Source: Alphaproteobacteria bacterium
GTDB taxonomy: Bacteria; Pseudomonadota; Alphaproteobacteria; MPNO01
Length of the DNA stretch: 64,000 nt
Direction: 5' to 3'
Assembly (NCBI GenBank): GCA_965248835.1
Contig: CBDFLJ010000001.1
Coordinates: forward strand, 1,792,001 to 1,856,000
In this document: positions 52,648 through 63,340 of the stretch, one piece after another
Numbering within the stretch: position 1 is the first letter of the stretch
How the letters are laid out: every line of letters begins with the position of its first letter
Notes under the pieces: generated by a model
Told to the model about the DNA's origin: nothing
Databases searched by the model: none
Seen by the model: the letters and a program-made list of their open reading frames with translations, nothing else
Made by a program: the position numbers and the translations under genes

Positions 52648-53202
52648 TCACAGCCGTTCGAGCGGCGCTGCGCCGCCGCCCGGAATGTCGACCTGGAAGG
52701 CGTTCAGGGTCAGCGCGACCATCGTATAGAACCCGGCGATGGCGACGATCTCGACCACCCCGGCCTCGCCCAAGGCGTCCAGCGCGCGGGCATAGGCCTC
52801 ATCGCCGAGTTCCCTGGTCCGGTAGAGCTCGGTGCACAGCCCATAGATCGCCAGATCGGCCGGATCGGACAGGTCCGGCGTCCGGCCCTGCTTGATCGCC
52901 GCGACCGCGTCGGCGGGTACGCCGGCCTCGAGCGCGGCGTCCTCGTGGACGTGCCATTCGTACTGCGCGGTCCAGAAGCGCGCAGTGATCAGGATGGCGA
53001 GTTCGACCTGGCGCCGCGGCAGTGACGTACCCGTGCGCAGGAAGTCGCCGAACCTGTTGGCGCGGTCGGCCATTTCCGGGTTGCGCAGCCAGATCGCGAA
53101 CGGCCCGCCCAGCTTGCCGCCGCGCGGCGCGGCAATCTCCTCGCCAATCCGTTTCTGCTCCGCCGACATGTCCGCGGATCTCATCGGATCAATCCGTGCC
53201 AT
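52648..53202 (-). CDS. CMD/AhpD-like family protein, paralogue of the convergent neighbour
   Basis: PRGG.LGGPF, ELAIL.TARFW.AQYEW.VH, GFY.MVA..LN. ATG 53202. Confidence 0.88.
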   Translation of the reverse strand: MARIDPMRSADMSAEQKRIGEEIAAPRGGKLGGPFAIWLRNPEMADRANRFGDFLRTGTSLPRRQVELAILITARFWTAQYEWHVHEDAALEAGVPADAVAAIKQGRTPDLSDPADLAIYGLCTELYRTRELGDEAYARALDALGEAGVVEIVAIAGFYTMVALTLNAFQVDIPGGGAAPLERL

Positions 53203-53322
53203 CTGCCTCTCTCCCTTTGGCTGTGCGGCGCAAGAAGAACAGTTTGGCCCCCGCTTGCGCAACCTGCGAAACTGAACCGGCCGGGGAGGTCTGGGACCCC
53301 GGCCGTGTAGGGAGACCGAGCG

Positions 53323-54087
53323 ATGGAGATCAAGGGTGGGGCGGCGCTGATCACCGGCGGTTCGTCGGGGATCGGCGCCGCCGCGGCGCTTCGGCTGGCC
53401 GCGCGCGGCTGCAATGTCGCGGTGACCTACCGCGTCAACGCCGACGGCGCGGCCGACGTCGTCCATTCCTGCCAGGCGGCCGGCGTCGAAGCCCTCGCAT
53501 TGCAGGGCGATGTCGCCCGGGACGACGATTGCCGCACCCTGGCCAGGACCGTTCTCGACCGATGGGGCCGTCTGGATGCCGTGGTCAACAGTGCCGGCAC
53601 GACCCGGTTCGTCGATGCCTTCGATCTGGAGGCGCTGACGGCCGAGGATTTCATGGACTCCTATGCCGTCAACGTCCTGGGGGCGTTCCAGATGAGCCGG
53701 GCGGCGGCACCGGCGATGAAGGCCGGCGGCGCCGGTGCGGTCGTCAACGTCTCCACCTATGCCGCGGCGAATGGAACCGGCAGTTCGATCGCCTACACCG
53801 CGTCCAAGGGCGCGTTGAATACGCTCACCCTGTCGCTCGCCCGGGTGCTGGCGCCGGAGATCCGGGTGAACTGCGTCGCGCCGACGCTGACCGACACGCG
53901 CTGGAACCGGGCCGGCCTCGGCGACGAGCGCTACGAGCAGGTCCTCGGCCGGTTCGAGACCGAAGCCCCTCTCAAGGCCAAGCTCCTCGCCGATCACGTG
54001 GCCGATGCGATCGACTGGCTGGTTGTCGGCGCGGACCGGATGACCGGCGAGATCCTGCAGATCAGTGCCGGCACGCATCTGGGATAG
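53323..54087 (+). CDS. SDR family oxidoreductase
   Basis: TGGSSGIG, VNSAG, NVS, YTASK, VNCVAP. Confidence 0.92.
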   Translation: MEIKGGAALITGGSSGIGAAAALRLAARGCNVAVTYRVNADGAADVVHSCQAAGVEALALQGDVARDDDCRTLARTVLDRWGRLDAVVNSAGTTRFVDAFDLEALTAEDFMDSYAVNVLGAFQMSRAAAPAMKAGGAGAVVNVSTYAAANGTGSSIAYTASKGALNTLTLSLARVLAPEIRVNCVAPTLTDTRWNRAGLGDERYEQVLGRFETEAPLKAKLLADHVADAIDWLVVGADRMTGEILQISAGTHLG

Positions 54088-54129
54088 CGGTCCCTGCCGC
54101 GCCGCGCGCCGCGCCGCCGGCAGGCCCCA

Positions 54130-54750
54130 TCATCCGAAATCGACGCCTTTTTGGACCGCCGGGCGGGCGGCGATACCCTCGTACCAGCGGGCGATGTTCG
54201 CCAGCCCCTCCACCAGTTGCGGGGCGACAATCCGGCAGCGGTACATGTGGCCGAAGAATGCGAAATCGGCGATCGTCAGGTCCTCGCCCGCACAATAGGG
54301 CCGTGCCCCCAGGGCGCCGTCCCAGACCTCGAGATGGCGGCGATAGCGCCGTTCGAACATTTCCTGGGTCGGTTTGTGCGGCTCCTCCATCCGGCCGATC
54401 ACGAAGATCGTCTGCAACCCGAGCCCGAGATCGGTCGCGATGTTCATATAGTGCTCGTCGAAATGAAGCCTGTCCTGGGGCGTCCTGGGCAGGAACTTGC
54501 CGGTCTTGTGCGCGAGATAGGACAGGATCGCCGGCGATTGCGCCATCGTGACTTCGCCGCCGTCAGGGCCGTCGTGATCGACGATCACCGGTGTCAGCCC
54601 CTGTGGATTGAGCGCCAGAAATTCCGACTCGAAATTCGCGCCCTTGGCCAGGTCGACGAAGTGGAGGCGGTAGTCCAGGCCGCATTCCTCCAGCATGATC
54701 CGAGCGCGAATGCCATTGGATGTCCCGGCGGCGTGGAGTTCGATCATCAT
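54130..54750 (-). CDS. Glutathione S-transferase, YfcG/Ure2 (Nu-class)-like
   Basis: GTSNG (cf. TPNG), LNPQG..P, QS.AIL.YLA.KTGKFLP, TIAD, RPAVQKG. Confidence 0.85.
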   Translation of the reverse strand: MMIELHAAGTSNGIRARIMLEECGLDYRLHFVDLAKGANFESEFLALNPQGLTPVIVDHDGPDGGEVTMAQSPAILSYLAHKTGKFLPRTPQDRLHFDEHYMNIATDLGLGLQTIFVIGRMEEPHKPTQEMFERRYRRHLEVWDGALGARPYCAGEDLTIADFAFFGHMYRCRIVAPQLVEGLANIARWYEGIAARPAVQKGVDFG

Positions 54751-54756
54751 CGCGTC

Positions 54757-54795
54757 CTTTCGTTTGGTTCTTTCGTTCGGTTCTTTCGTTCGGTG
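54757..54795. repeat. 3 x 13-bp tandem repeat in the divergent GST spacer, abutting the RBS of the minus-strand GST
   Basis: CTTTCGTTTGGTT / CTTTCGTTCGGTT / CTTTCGTTCGGTG. Confidence 0.85.
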
Positions 54796-54881
54796 GTCTG
54801 CTGCCGTTACTATCCACCGCCGGGAAGCGGGCGGCAAGATCGCCCCGCGGGACCGGCCGTGGATGGGAAAGGGAGCGATCG

Positions 54882-55718
54882 ATGGGGCTGACGCTCTATC
54901 ACTTCAACAATTCCGTGTGCTCGCAAAAGGTCCGGCTGGTGCTTGCCGAGAAGGCGCTCGACTGGGATGAGCGGCTCGTCGATCTGTTCAAGCTCGAGCA
55001 GTACGATCCGGATTATGTCGCTCTCAACCCCAAGGGCGTCGTCCCGACGCTGGTTCACGACGGCCGCGCGGTGATCGAGTCCACGCTGATCTGCGAATAT
55101 CTCGACGATGCCTTCTCCGATCCGCCGCTCAAGCCCGCCGACCCGGCCGGAGTCGCGGCAATGCGCGTGTGGACCAAGGCGGTCGACGAGGGCCTGCACG
55201 AGGGCGTGGCCGCGATCAGCTTCTCGGCGATGTTTCGCGAGCGTATGAAATCCATGGGCGAGGCGCTGCGCACCCGGCGCTATCGCAACATCGGCGATCC
55301 GGTCCGCCGCGACCGCGACCGTGCGGTCTTCGAACACGGCGTGGAGGCACCCCATGTCTTCAACGCGATCGCTGCCTACGAGACGGTGTTCGCCAAGCTC
55401 GAAATGACACTGGCCGACGGCCGCGACTGGATCACCGGCACGGCCTATTCCCTGGCCGAGATCGGGCTGGCGCCCTACGCGGCCCGGCTCGAATATCTCG
55501 ATCTTCTCCAGGTGTGGATCGATGACCGCCCGAACGTGGCCGCGTGGTGGGAGCGCATCAAGGCACGGCCCGGCTACCGGTCCGGGCTCAGCGGCCGGCT
55601 GACGGACGGGGAGATCGAGCCCATGAGGCGGTTCGGCGGCGCTATAAGGCAGCGCGTGGCCGAGCGCCGGCAGGAATATCTGGACGCGTTTGCGGTTCGG
55701 CCTCGAGATTCATCCTGA
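54882..55718 (+). CDS. Glutathione S-transferase with SxCS motif (PcpC/GDAP1/zeta-like)
   Basis: LYHFNNSVCSQKVR, LNPKGVVP, ESTLICEYLD, YSLAEI, RPGY; long helical insert. Confidence 0.85.
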   Translation: MGLTLYHFNNSVCSQKVRLVLAEKALDWDERLVDLFKLEQYDPDYVALNPKGVVPTLVHDGRAVIESTLICEYLDDAFSDPPLKPADPAGVAAMRVWTKAVDEGLHEGVAAISFSAMFRERMKSMGEALRTRRYRNIGDPVRRDRDRAVFEHGVEAPHVFNAIAAYETVFAKLEMTLADGRDWITGTAYSLAEIGLAPYAARLEYLDLLQVWIDDRPNVAAWWERIKARPGYRSGLSGRLTDGEIEPMRRFGGAIRQRVAERRQEYLDAFAVRPRDSS

Positions 55719-55772
55719 CATGGTGATCCGGCGGCGGGGGTCCGGTGTCCTTTCCGCGCCGGGCCACCGGAC

Positions 55773-56717
55773 ATGAAAGCATGGCAATCCGGGACCGAGG
55801 CCGCGATCGGGGGGCTTGCGCTGATCGAGGCGCCGGCGCCGCGGCCGGGGCCGGGCGAGCTGCTGGTCCGCGTCGAGGCTGCAGCGTTGAACTACTCCGA
55901 TCTCCTGATGATCGAGGGGCGTTACCAGGTCCGGCCCGAACGGCCGTTCACACCGGGCCAGGAGGTTGCGGGGACGGTCGTTGAAAGCGGCGCGCGCGTC
56001 GCTGCGAAGGTGCCGTGGGGCGGGTTCGCCGAGTATGCGCTGGTCCGGGCCGACATGGCGCTGCCGATCCCCGCCTCGATCCCGCCGGCCATCGCCGCCG
56101 CGCTTCCGGTGGTTTACACCACAGCCCTGGTCGCCCTGACCGAGACCGCGGCGGTCCGCCGGGGCGACTGGGTGCTGATAACCGCCGCGACGGGCGGGCT
56201 CGGCATTGCCGCGATGCAGGTCGCACGGCACCTGGGCGCTCGCGTGATCGCGCTGACCAGCGGTCCGGCCAAGGCCGCGGTCGCAGCCGAGGAGGGGGCG
56301 GAGGCGGTCATCGACTCGGCGACCGAGGAGATTGCCGGCGCGGTCTTGGACAGGACCGGCGGGCAGGGCGTCAGGATCGTCCTGGACAGCGTCGGCGGCG
56401 CAATGACCGAGACCGCGCTCAAGTGCCTGGCCTGGCGCGGCGAGATCCTGCTGGCCGGATTCCTGAGCGGCGAGATCCCGCGGATCGCCGCGCATCGGCT
56501 GTTGCTCAAGGGGGCGGCAGCCAAGGGGGTCTACTGGGACCACGACCGCGATGCGGCAATGTTGGCACACCGCAGCGCGCAGGTTGTGGATCTGTGTGCC
56601 GCAGGCACCTTCAGGCCACGTGTGACCTCGCGCTACGGGCTCGCCGATCTGCCCCGCGCGCTCGAGGATCTGCGGGCGCGGCGGTCGATCGGCAAGCTGG
56701 TCCTCAGCCTCGCCTGA
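55773..56717 (+). CDS. NADPH:quinone oxidoreductase (MDR family)
   Basis: LNYSD, G.YQ, PFTPGQE, AATGGLG, D.VGG, GKLVL. Confidence 0.9.
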   Translation: MKAWQSGTEAAIGGLALIEAPAPRPGPGELLVRVEAAALNYSDLLMIEGRYQVRPERPFTPGQEVAGTVVESGARVAAKVPWGGFAEYALVRADMALPIPASIPPAIAAALPVVYTTALVALTETAAVRRGDWVLITAATGGLGIAAMQVARHLGARVIALTSGPAKAAVAAEEGAEAVIDSATEEIAGAVLDRTGGQGVRIVLDSVGGAMTETALKCLAWRGEILLAGFLSGEIPRIAAHRLLLKGAAAKGVYWDHDRDAAMLAHRSAQVVDLCAAGTFRPRVTSRYGLADLPRALEDLRARRSIGKLVLSLA

Positions 56718-56827
56718 GGCGGGCCCGAGTCAGGACGCACGGCACCGGCCCGTGCGGGCACGCCCCGCACGTTTCCTGCGCGCACAGTCGAGCCGTCCGG
56801 GCGCTGCTCGGTTCGATCGTTGTAGGG

Positions 56828-57007
56828 TCAGTCCGAGAGACTGTTGTCTCCGCTACGCCAGCGAGTCTGGGATTTGCACTTCTTGCAGATCCGCTCCCCC
56901 GCCCAGGCACTCGGAAATGGCCCGCCGCACATCAGGCAGGCCCTTTCCTTTTCGCTGTACCTGTGCTCCAACCCCTGCTCTTCTAATTCGTATTCAAGCT
57001 CATCCAC
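56828..57007 (-). CDS. Small Cys4 zinc-ribbon-like protein, 59 aa (absent from the ORF track)
   Basis: GTG 57007 to TGA 56830-56828: MDELEYELEEQGLEHRYSEKERACLMCGGPFPSAWAGERICKKCKSQTRWRSGDNSLSD; two CxxC motifs. Confidence 0.75.
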   Translation of the reverse strand: MDELEYELEEQGLEHRYSEKERACLMCGGPFPSAWAGERICKKCKSQTRWRSGDNSLSD

Positions 57008-57201
57008 GCGCCTAATTTAGGACACGAAGCGGGTGTAGGACAACGCCGATGTTCCACTCGCATGGAAGCCATCCAGATTTGCATGGAAAGCGGTGCGGAC
57101 GGCGTTCTGTCGGACCGGTCAACGAGGGCTCGCGGACCCGCCGCGATCGGCCTATGATCGCGGCCGCAACCGCAATCGGCTGGGCATTCGGAGACCATGT
57201 C

Positions 57202-57417
57202 TTGAAAGAGGATTTGCTGGAAACCACCGGCACCGTCGTGGAAAAGCTGCCAAACGCGATGTTCAAGGTGAAGCTGGAAAACGAGCACGAGATCATCGCG
57301 CAGCCAAAGGGCAAGATGCGCAAGTTCCGCATCCGGGTGATGGTGGGCGACCGGGTCGATGTCGAGATGTCGCCCTATGACCTCACCCGCGGCCGTATTA
57401 CGTTCCGCCACAAATAG
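57202..57417 (+). CDS. infA: Translation initiation factor IF-1 (atypical, probable paralogue)
   Basis: [47 protein letters not shown] start after GGAG. Confidence 0.92.
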   Translation: MKEDLLETTGTVVEKLPNAMFKVKLENEHEIIAQPKGKMRKFRIRVMVGDRVDVEMSPYDLTRGRITFRHK

Positions 57418-57475
57418 CGCCCCACGGCTTGCGCAGGGCGGGCCCGGCGTGATCCAGACAGCGAGGCGTTGAGCG

Positions 57476-59155
<1,680 letters not shown>

Positions 59156-59189
59156 TGCGATCGCCGCCGGCAGCGTCCAAACCGGCGGT

Positions 59190-59227
59190 TTGTCGCATGG
59201 GCGCGTTTTCCGTACTGTGCGCCTATG
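59190..59227 (+). promoter_or_regulatory. Candidate leaderless sigma70 promoter for dctQM
   Basis: TTGTCG-N17-TACTGT-N6-ATG. Confidence 0.5.
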
Positions 59228-59767
59228 ACCGGGGCGCGGCAGGATCGTTCGGCGGCCGATCGGGTGGAGCGGAAGCGCGATTTGGTCACCTCGTCGACCG
59301 AGATCCTGAGCACGGTCTCGGCCTTCTGGATCCTGCTCCTCGCCGCCATCTACCTTTACGACATCCTCGGCCGCGAGCTGTTCAACACGCCGTTTCTCGG
59401 CACCCATGAGATCGTCTCGAACTCGATCGTAGGGATCCTGTTCCTCGAGCTCCCCTCGACCATCAAGCGCGGCGCCATGCTGCGCACGACCATCGTCTTC
59501 GACGCGGTCTCCGCGGCGTGGCGGCGGATCATCGAATGCCTGTCCTACCTGTTCGGCGTCGCCCTGTTCCTGGCCATCATCTTCGGCGGCTGGGATGCGA
59601 TGATCGTAAGCTGGCAGCTCCTCGAGATCGAAGGCGCCGGCGCGTTCGAGGTGCCGATCTATCCGGTCAGGACCCTGATTATCGTCTTCAGCGCGATCTG
59701 CGCGCTGGTCTATGTCCAGCTTCTCTTTCTGACGTTGACCGGCAGGACCGCGCCCGAAAAGGCATAG
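59225..59767 (+). CDS. TRAP transporter small permease DctQ
   Basis: 4 TM segments, DILGRELFNTP..G..EI; directly precedes DctM. Confidence 0.85.
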   Translation: MTGARQDRSAADRVERKRDLVTSSTEILSTVSAFWILLLAAIYLYDILGRELFNTPFLGTHEIVSNSIVGILFLELPSTIKRGAMLRTTIVFDAVSAAWRRIIECLSYLFGVALFLAIIFGGWDAMIVSWQLLEIEGAGAFEVPIYPVRTLIIVFSAICALVYVQLLFLTLTGRTAPEKA

Positions 59768-59821
59768 CGAACCCGCGGTGAGACGCCGTCGTCCAAACGG
59801 AAGGCCCAAGGAGTAAACACG

Positions 59822-61123
59822 GTGGAGCCTGACGTTGTCCTTGTGATCATCCTCGTTGCCCTGATCGCGCTGGTGATCTCCGGGCTCCACATCGGCATCG
59901 TGCTCGGCATTGTCTCGCTCGGCGGCACCTATCTGATGTTCGACGACCTCGGCATCACGCTGGAGCTCGCCAACCAGGCGGCCTACGCGGTGCTGCGCAA
60001 CTCGGTCTTTGCCGCGATCCCGCTTTTCGTCCTGATGGGCGAGTTCATGAGCAAGTCGGGCATGGCCCGTGACCTCTACAAGATCTGCAACTACTTCCTG
60101 CGCCGGCTGCCGGGCCGGCTTGCGGTGGCCACCGTGTTCGGCAACGCGGTGTTTGCCGCCGTAACCGGGGTCAGCATCGCATCCGCCATGGCGTTCTCGC
60201 GGATCTCCTATCCGGAGATGCGTAAATTCGGCTACAACCGCTCCTATGCGCTCGGCTCGATCGCCGGCAGCGCCAGCCTCGGCATGCTGATCCCGCCAAG
60301 CGTGCTCCTGATCGTCTGGGGCATCGTCATCGAGCATTCGATCGGCAAGCTGTTCCTCGCCGGTTTCATCCCCGGGCTGATCCTGGCCGTTCTGATGGGC
60401 GTGTACTGCTCGGCGCGGGCCAGGTTCAAGCCGGAACTGGCGCCGACCCCCGACGGTGCGGAGGCTGCCGCGCCCACGATGGCGGAGGTCGTGAGCGGGC
60501 TCGGGGTGGTGGTTCTCATCCTGCTGGTGCTGGGCGGGCTGTTCGCCGGGCTGTTCACGCCCTCGGAGTCGGCCGCGGTGGGCTGTGCCGGCGCGATCGT
60601 CTTCTCGTGCTTCAAGCGGGTCGCCTGGACCGATTACCGCAGCGCGGTCATCGAGTCCGGCAAGACGATCGCCCCGATCCTGTTCCTGCTGATGATGGCC
60701 TCGATGTATGCGAAGTTCCTGGCGCTGGGCGGGATCATCAACATCATCCAGGACTTCATCGGCGGCTTCGGGCTCGGTCCCTTCGGCGTTACGGTGCTGA
60801 TGATCGTGATCTGGCTGGCAATGGGAACGCTGATCGATTCGATCTCGATCATCCTGTTGACCGTGCCGATCTTCTGGCCGCTCGCCCAGGTCGGCGGCTG
60901 GGACCCGTTCGCGTTCGCGATCTTCGGTATCCTGGCGATCGAGGCGGGCCTGTTGACCCCGCCGTTCGGACTGCTGGTCTACACCGTCAAGGGGTCGGTG
61001 CCCGATCAGTCGGTGACGCTGTCGGAGATCTTTCTGGGATCGATCCCCTACTGGATCCTGATGCTGTTGGTGATGATCGTCATCTGGGTCTGGCCGGTCA
61101 CCGCGACGTTCCTGACCAAATAG
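59822..61123 (+). CDS. TRAP transporter large permease DctM
   Basis: AIPLFVLMG, FAAVTG.S, LGMLIPPS, FTPSE, LLTPPFGL. Confidence 0.93.
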   Translation: MEPDVVLVIILVALIALVISGLHIGIVLGIVSLGGTYLMFDDLGITLELANQAAYAVLRNSVFAAIPLFVLMGEFMSKSGMARDLYKICNYFLRRLPGRLAVATVFGNAVFAAVTGVSIASAMAFSRISYPEMRKFGYNRSYALGSIAGSASLGMLIPPSVLLIVWGIVIEHSIGKLFLAGFIPGLILAVLMGVYCSARARFKPELAPTPDGAEAAAPTMAEVVSGLGVVVLILLVLGGLFAGLFTPSESAAVGCAGAIVFSCFKRVAWTDYRSAVIESGKTIAPILFLLMMASMYAKFLALGGIINIIQDFIGGFGLGPFGVTVLMIVIWLAMGTLIDSISIILLTVPIFWPLAQVGGWDPFAFAIFGILAIEAGLLTPPFGLLVYTVKGSVPDQSVTLSEIFLGSIPYWILMLLVMIVIWVWPVTATFLTK

Positions 61124-61129
61124 CGCGGC

Positions 61130-62125
61130 TCAGCCGAGCCGCACCGCCGTTGCGGTCTGCGCGGAGGCCACGATCGCCTCCAGGATCTCGACATTGTGCA
61201 GCTTCTGTGCGCGCGTGAACCGGTAGGGCGCCGTGCCTTCGGCCGCATCCGCCCAGGCTTCCAGGTTGGCCCGAACGGTATCGGTATGCTTGAAGGTCCG
61301 AGTGCGGATCTCCTCGTCCATGCCGCACCAGGTGAGCACCGCCGGGTCAGGCTCGTCGACGTTGGAGACCTCGCGCGATTCCGCCCAGCCGCGGTCGCCG
61401 AAAACGCTGATGCGCTGGTAGAACGGCGTGGTCGCCAAGGTGCACAGCGTCCCCGTCACGCCCGAGGCGAAGGCGAACTGGATCGACAGGATGTCGTCAT
61501 CGGCATAGTCGGCCGACCGGTGCGCGGTGCGGGCGGAAATTTCGGCGACCGGGCCGGCGATGCTCTGGATGTAGTCCGTCATGTGAACGCCCAGCGCCGT
61601 CAGCATCCCGGCCGGGGCCTGGGCGGTGTCCTTGCGCCAGCCCGTGGGCGGCGCGTTGACGAAGCGGTTGTAGGAGCAGTTGATCTCGATATGCAGCAAC
61701 GTTCCAAGCGCGCCGGTATCGGCCATGCGCTTGATTTCCTCCAGGGCGCCCTCGTAGCGCCGCTCGTGGCCGATGCCGAGCACGATGCCCTTGTCATCGC
61801 AGGCGCTCAGCATCCGCTCCGCCGCTGCGCCCGAAAGCGCCAGGGGCTTTTCACAGAAGACCTGCTTGCCCGCCGCGGCCGCGGCCAGCACCTGCTCTTC
61901 ATGCAGGCCGTGGGGCGTGGCGATGATCACCGCATCGATCGCGGTATCGCGGAGAACCGCGTCGTACCGGTCGCTCAGCCGCAGGCCCCGGTCCGCGGCG
62001 AACTGCGCCAAGCCATCGAGCGCGACATCGACACCGCAGACAACCGCGATGCGATCGCTGCCCTGGAGGCTTGCGATGATCTGCTTGCCCCACCAGCCCA
62101 GCCCGACGACGGCTGCCCGCAGCAT
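61130..62125 (-). CDS. Gfo/Idh/MocA family oxidoreductase
   Basis: VGLGWWG, IATPH, CEKP, GHERRY, GVH..D. Confidence 0.9.
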   Translation of the reverse strand: MLRAAVVGLGWWGKQIIASLQGSDRIAVVCGVDVALDGLAQFAADRGLRLSDRYDAVLRDTAIDAVIIATPHGLHEEQVLAAAAAGKQVFCEKPLALSGAAAERMLSACDDKGIVLGIGHERRYEGALEEIKRMADTGALGTLLHIEINCSYNRFVNAPPTGWRKDTAQAPAGMLTALGVHMTDYIQSIAGPVAEISARTAHRSADYADDDILSIQFAFASGVTGTLCTLATTPFYQRISVFGDRGWAESREVSNVDEPDPAVLTWCGMDEEIRTRTFKHTDTVRANLEAWADAAEGTAPYRFTRAQKLHNVEILEAIVASAQTATAVRLG

Positions 62126-62169
62126 GGGTTAGCAGACCAGGTGGCGGCAGGGCAGCCTGAGCACCGCGA

Positions 62170-63255
62170 TCAATCGATCTGGTACTTGTGCGGCAGCTTG
62201 ATCCCGGCTTCCTGGGCGAGCGCGAGATAGCGCTTGAAGAACGCGGCCCCGGGCAGGCCCTTCTTGTCGAATTCCTTGGCCTTCTCGTTGGGCCAGCCGC
62301 CCAGCGCCGCGGCCATCTTCGCGCGCTCGGCGAACGGCAGATGCTGAATCGTGCTGCCGGTCGCTGCGAGCTTCTTGAGCGAGGCATCGAAGCGCCTGGT
62401 GGATTCCTCGGCCGTCTTGACCATCCAGTTCTCGGACTCCTCGGAAATGATATCCCGGATCGCCTTGGGGAGCTTGTTCTGCGACTTTGCGTTCATGCTC
62501 ATCTGGTAGAGCGAGGTCGCACCCCAGCCGACGACGGTGAAAACCGGCGCCGGCTCGTTGAGCCGGAACCCGAGCCAGGCCGTCGGGAAGATCACCAGCC
62601 CCTCGTACACGCCCGACTGAAGCGAGTTGTAAGCCTCGTTCAGGCTGGTCTGGACCGCGGTCGCGCCGGACAGCTTGAGCCAGGGAAGGTTCGGGCCGGC
62701 ACCGGCGATCTTGTGGCCTTTCAGGTCGCTCATCTTGGACCATTTGAACTTGGTCCCCAGGCCGTAGGAGGAGAACGTCCCGAATCCCAGCCATTTCTGG
62801 TCGTGCTTCTCCAGCGCCCCCTGCCATTGCGGGAACTCGCGGTAGAGCTTGCGGGTGATCTTGTGCTGCAGGATCGGATCGTCGGTCACGAAAGGCAGGT
62901 AGTAGTGGAAGGCGAAATGCACCGCCTTTGTCGGCTCGAAGCACGCGCACCACAGGCCGATGTCGAACAATCCCTTCTGCACCGCCTCCAACGTGTCGAA
63001 CGGGCCGGCGACGGTGCCGCCATAGGCTTCGATGAACCTGATCTTGTGCCCGGTCTCCTTGGCGACCCGCTCCTTGACCTTCGGCACCAGGTACTTGCTG
63101 GCCATGAAGATGGGCTCGAGCGGCTTCATCGGCTGCCCGGCACCGATGCGCAAGGTAAAGGAATCCGCCTGGGCAGCCGACGCCGAGAGCATCGCCACTG
63201 CCGCCGCCGCACCCAGACTCAACCGTCCGGCCGGGCCGATGATCTCGCGTAACAT
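62170..63255 (-). CDS. TRAP transporter substrate-binding protein DctP
   Basis: Signal peptide, AYGGT, DLKG.KI, EAY.SLQSGV; 361 aa. Confidence 0.85.
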   Translation of the reverse strand: MLREIIGPAGRLSLGAAAAVAMLSASAAQADSFTLRIGAGQPMKPLEPIFMASKYLVPKVKERVAKETGHKIRFIEAYGGTVAGPFDTLEAVQKGLFDIGLWCACFEPTKAVHFAFHYYLPFVTDDPILQHKITRKLYREFPQWQGALEKHDQKWLGFGTFSSYGLGTKFKWSKMSDLKGHKIAGAGPNLPWLKLSGATAVQTSLNEAYNSLQSGVYEGLVIFPTAWLGFRLNEPAPVFTVVGWGATSLYQMSMNAKSQNKLPKAIRDIISEESENWMVKTAEESTRRFDASLKKLAATGSTIQHLPFAERAKMAAALGGWPNEKAKEFDKKGLPGAAFFKRYLALAQEAGIKLPHKYQID

Positions 63256-63340
63256 TCCAGTTTCCCAATTGTCTCCCGGTTATTGTTGATAGTCGCACGA
63301 TTGTGGACGGCCGCAAACCGTCGGTCGATGACCGCGCGCG

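Noticed and set aside
54757-54795. GTTC-rich repeat as a LexA array or mini-CRISPR
   Set aside because: GTTC spacings are 5, 8 and 13 rather than 11; there are no spacers and no cas genes.
56704-57015. Track ORFs 56704..56910 and 56752..57015
   Set aside because: No motifs; the 59-aa Cys4 frame at 56828..57007 explains the region better.
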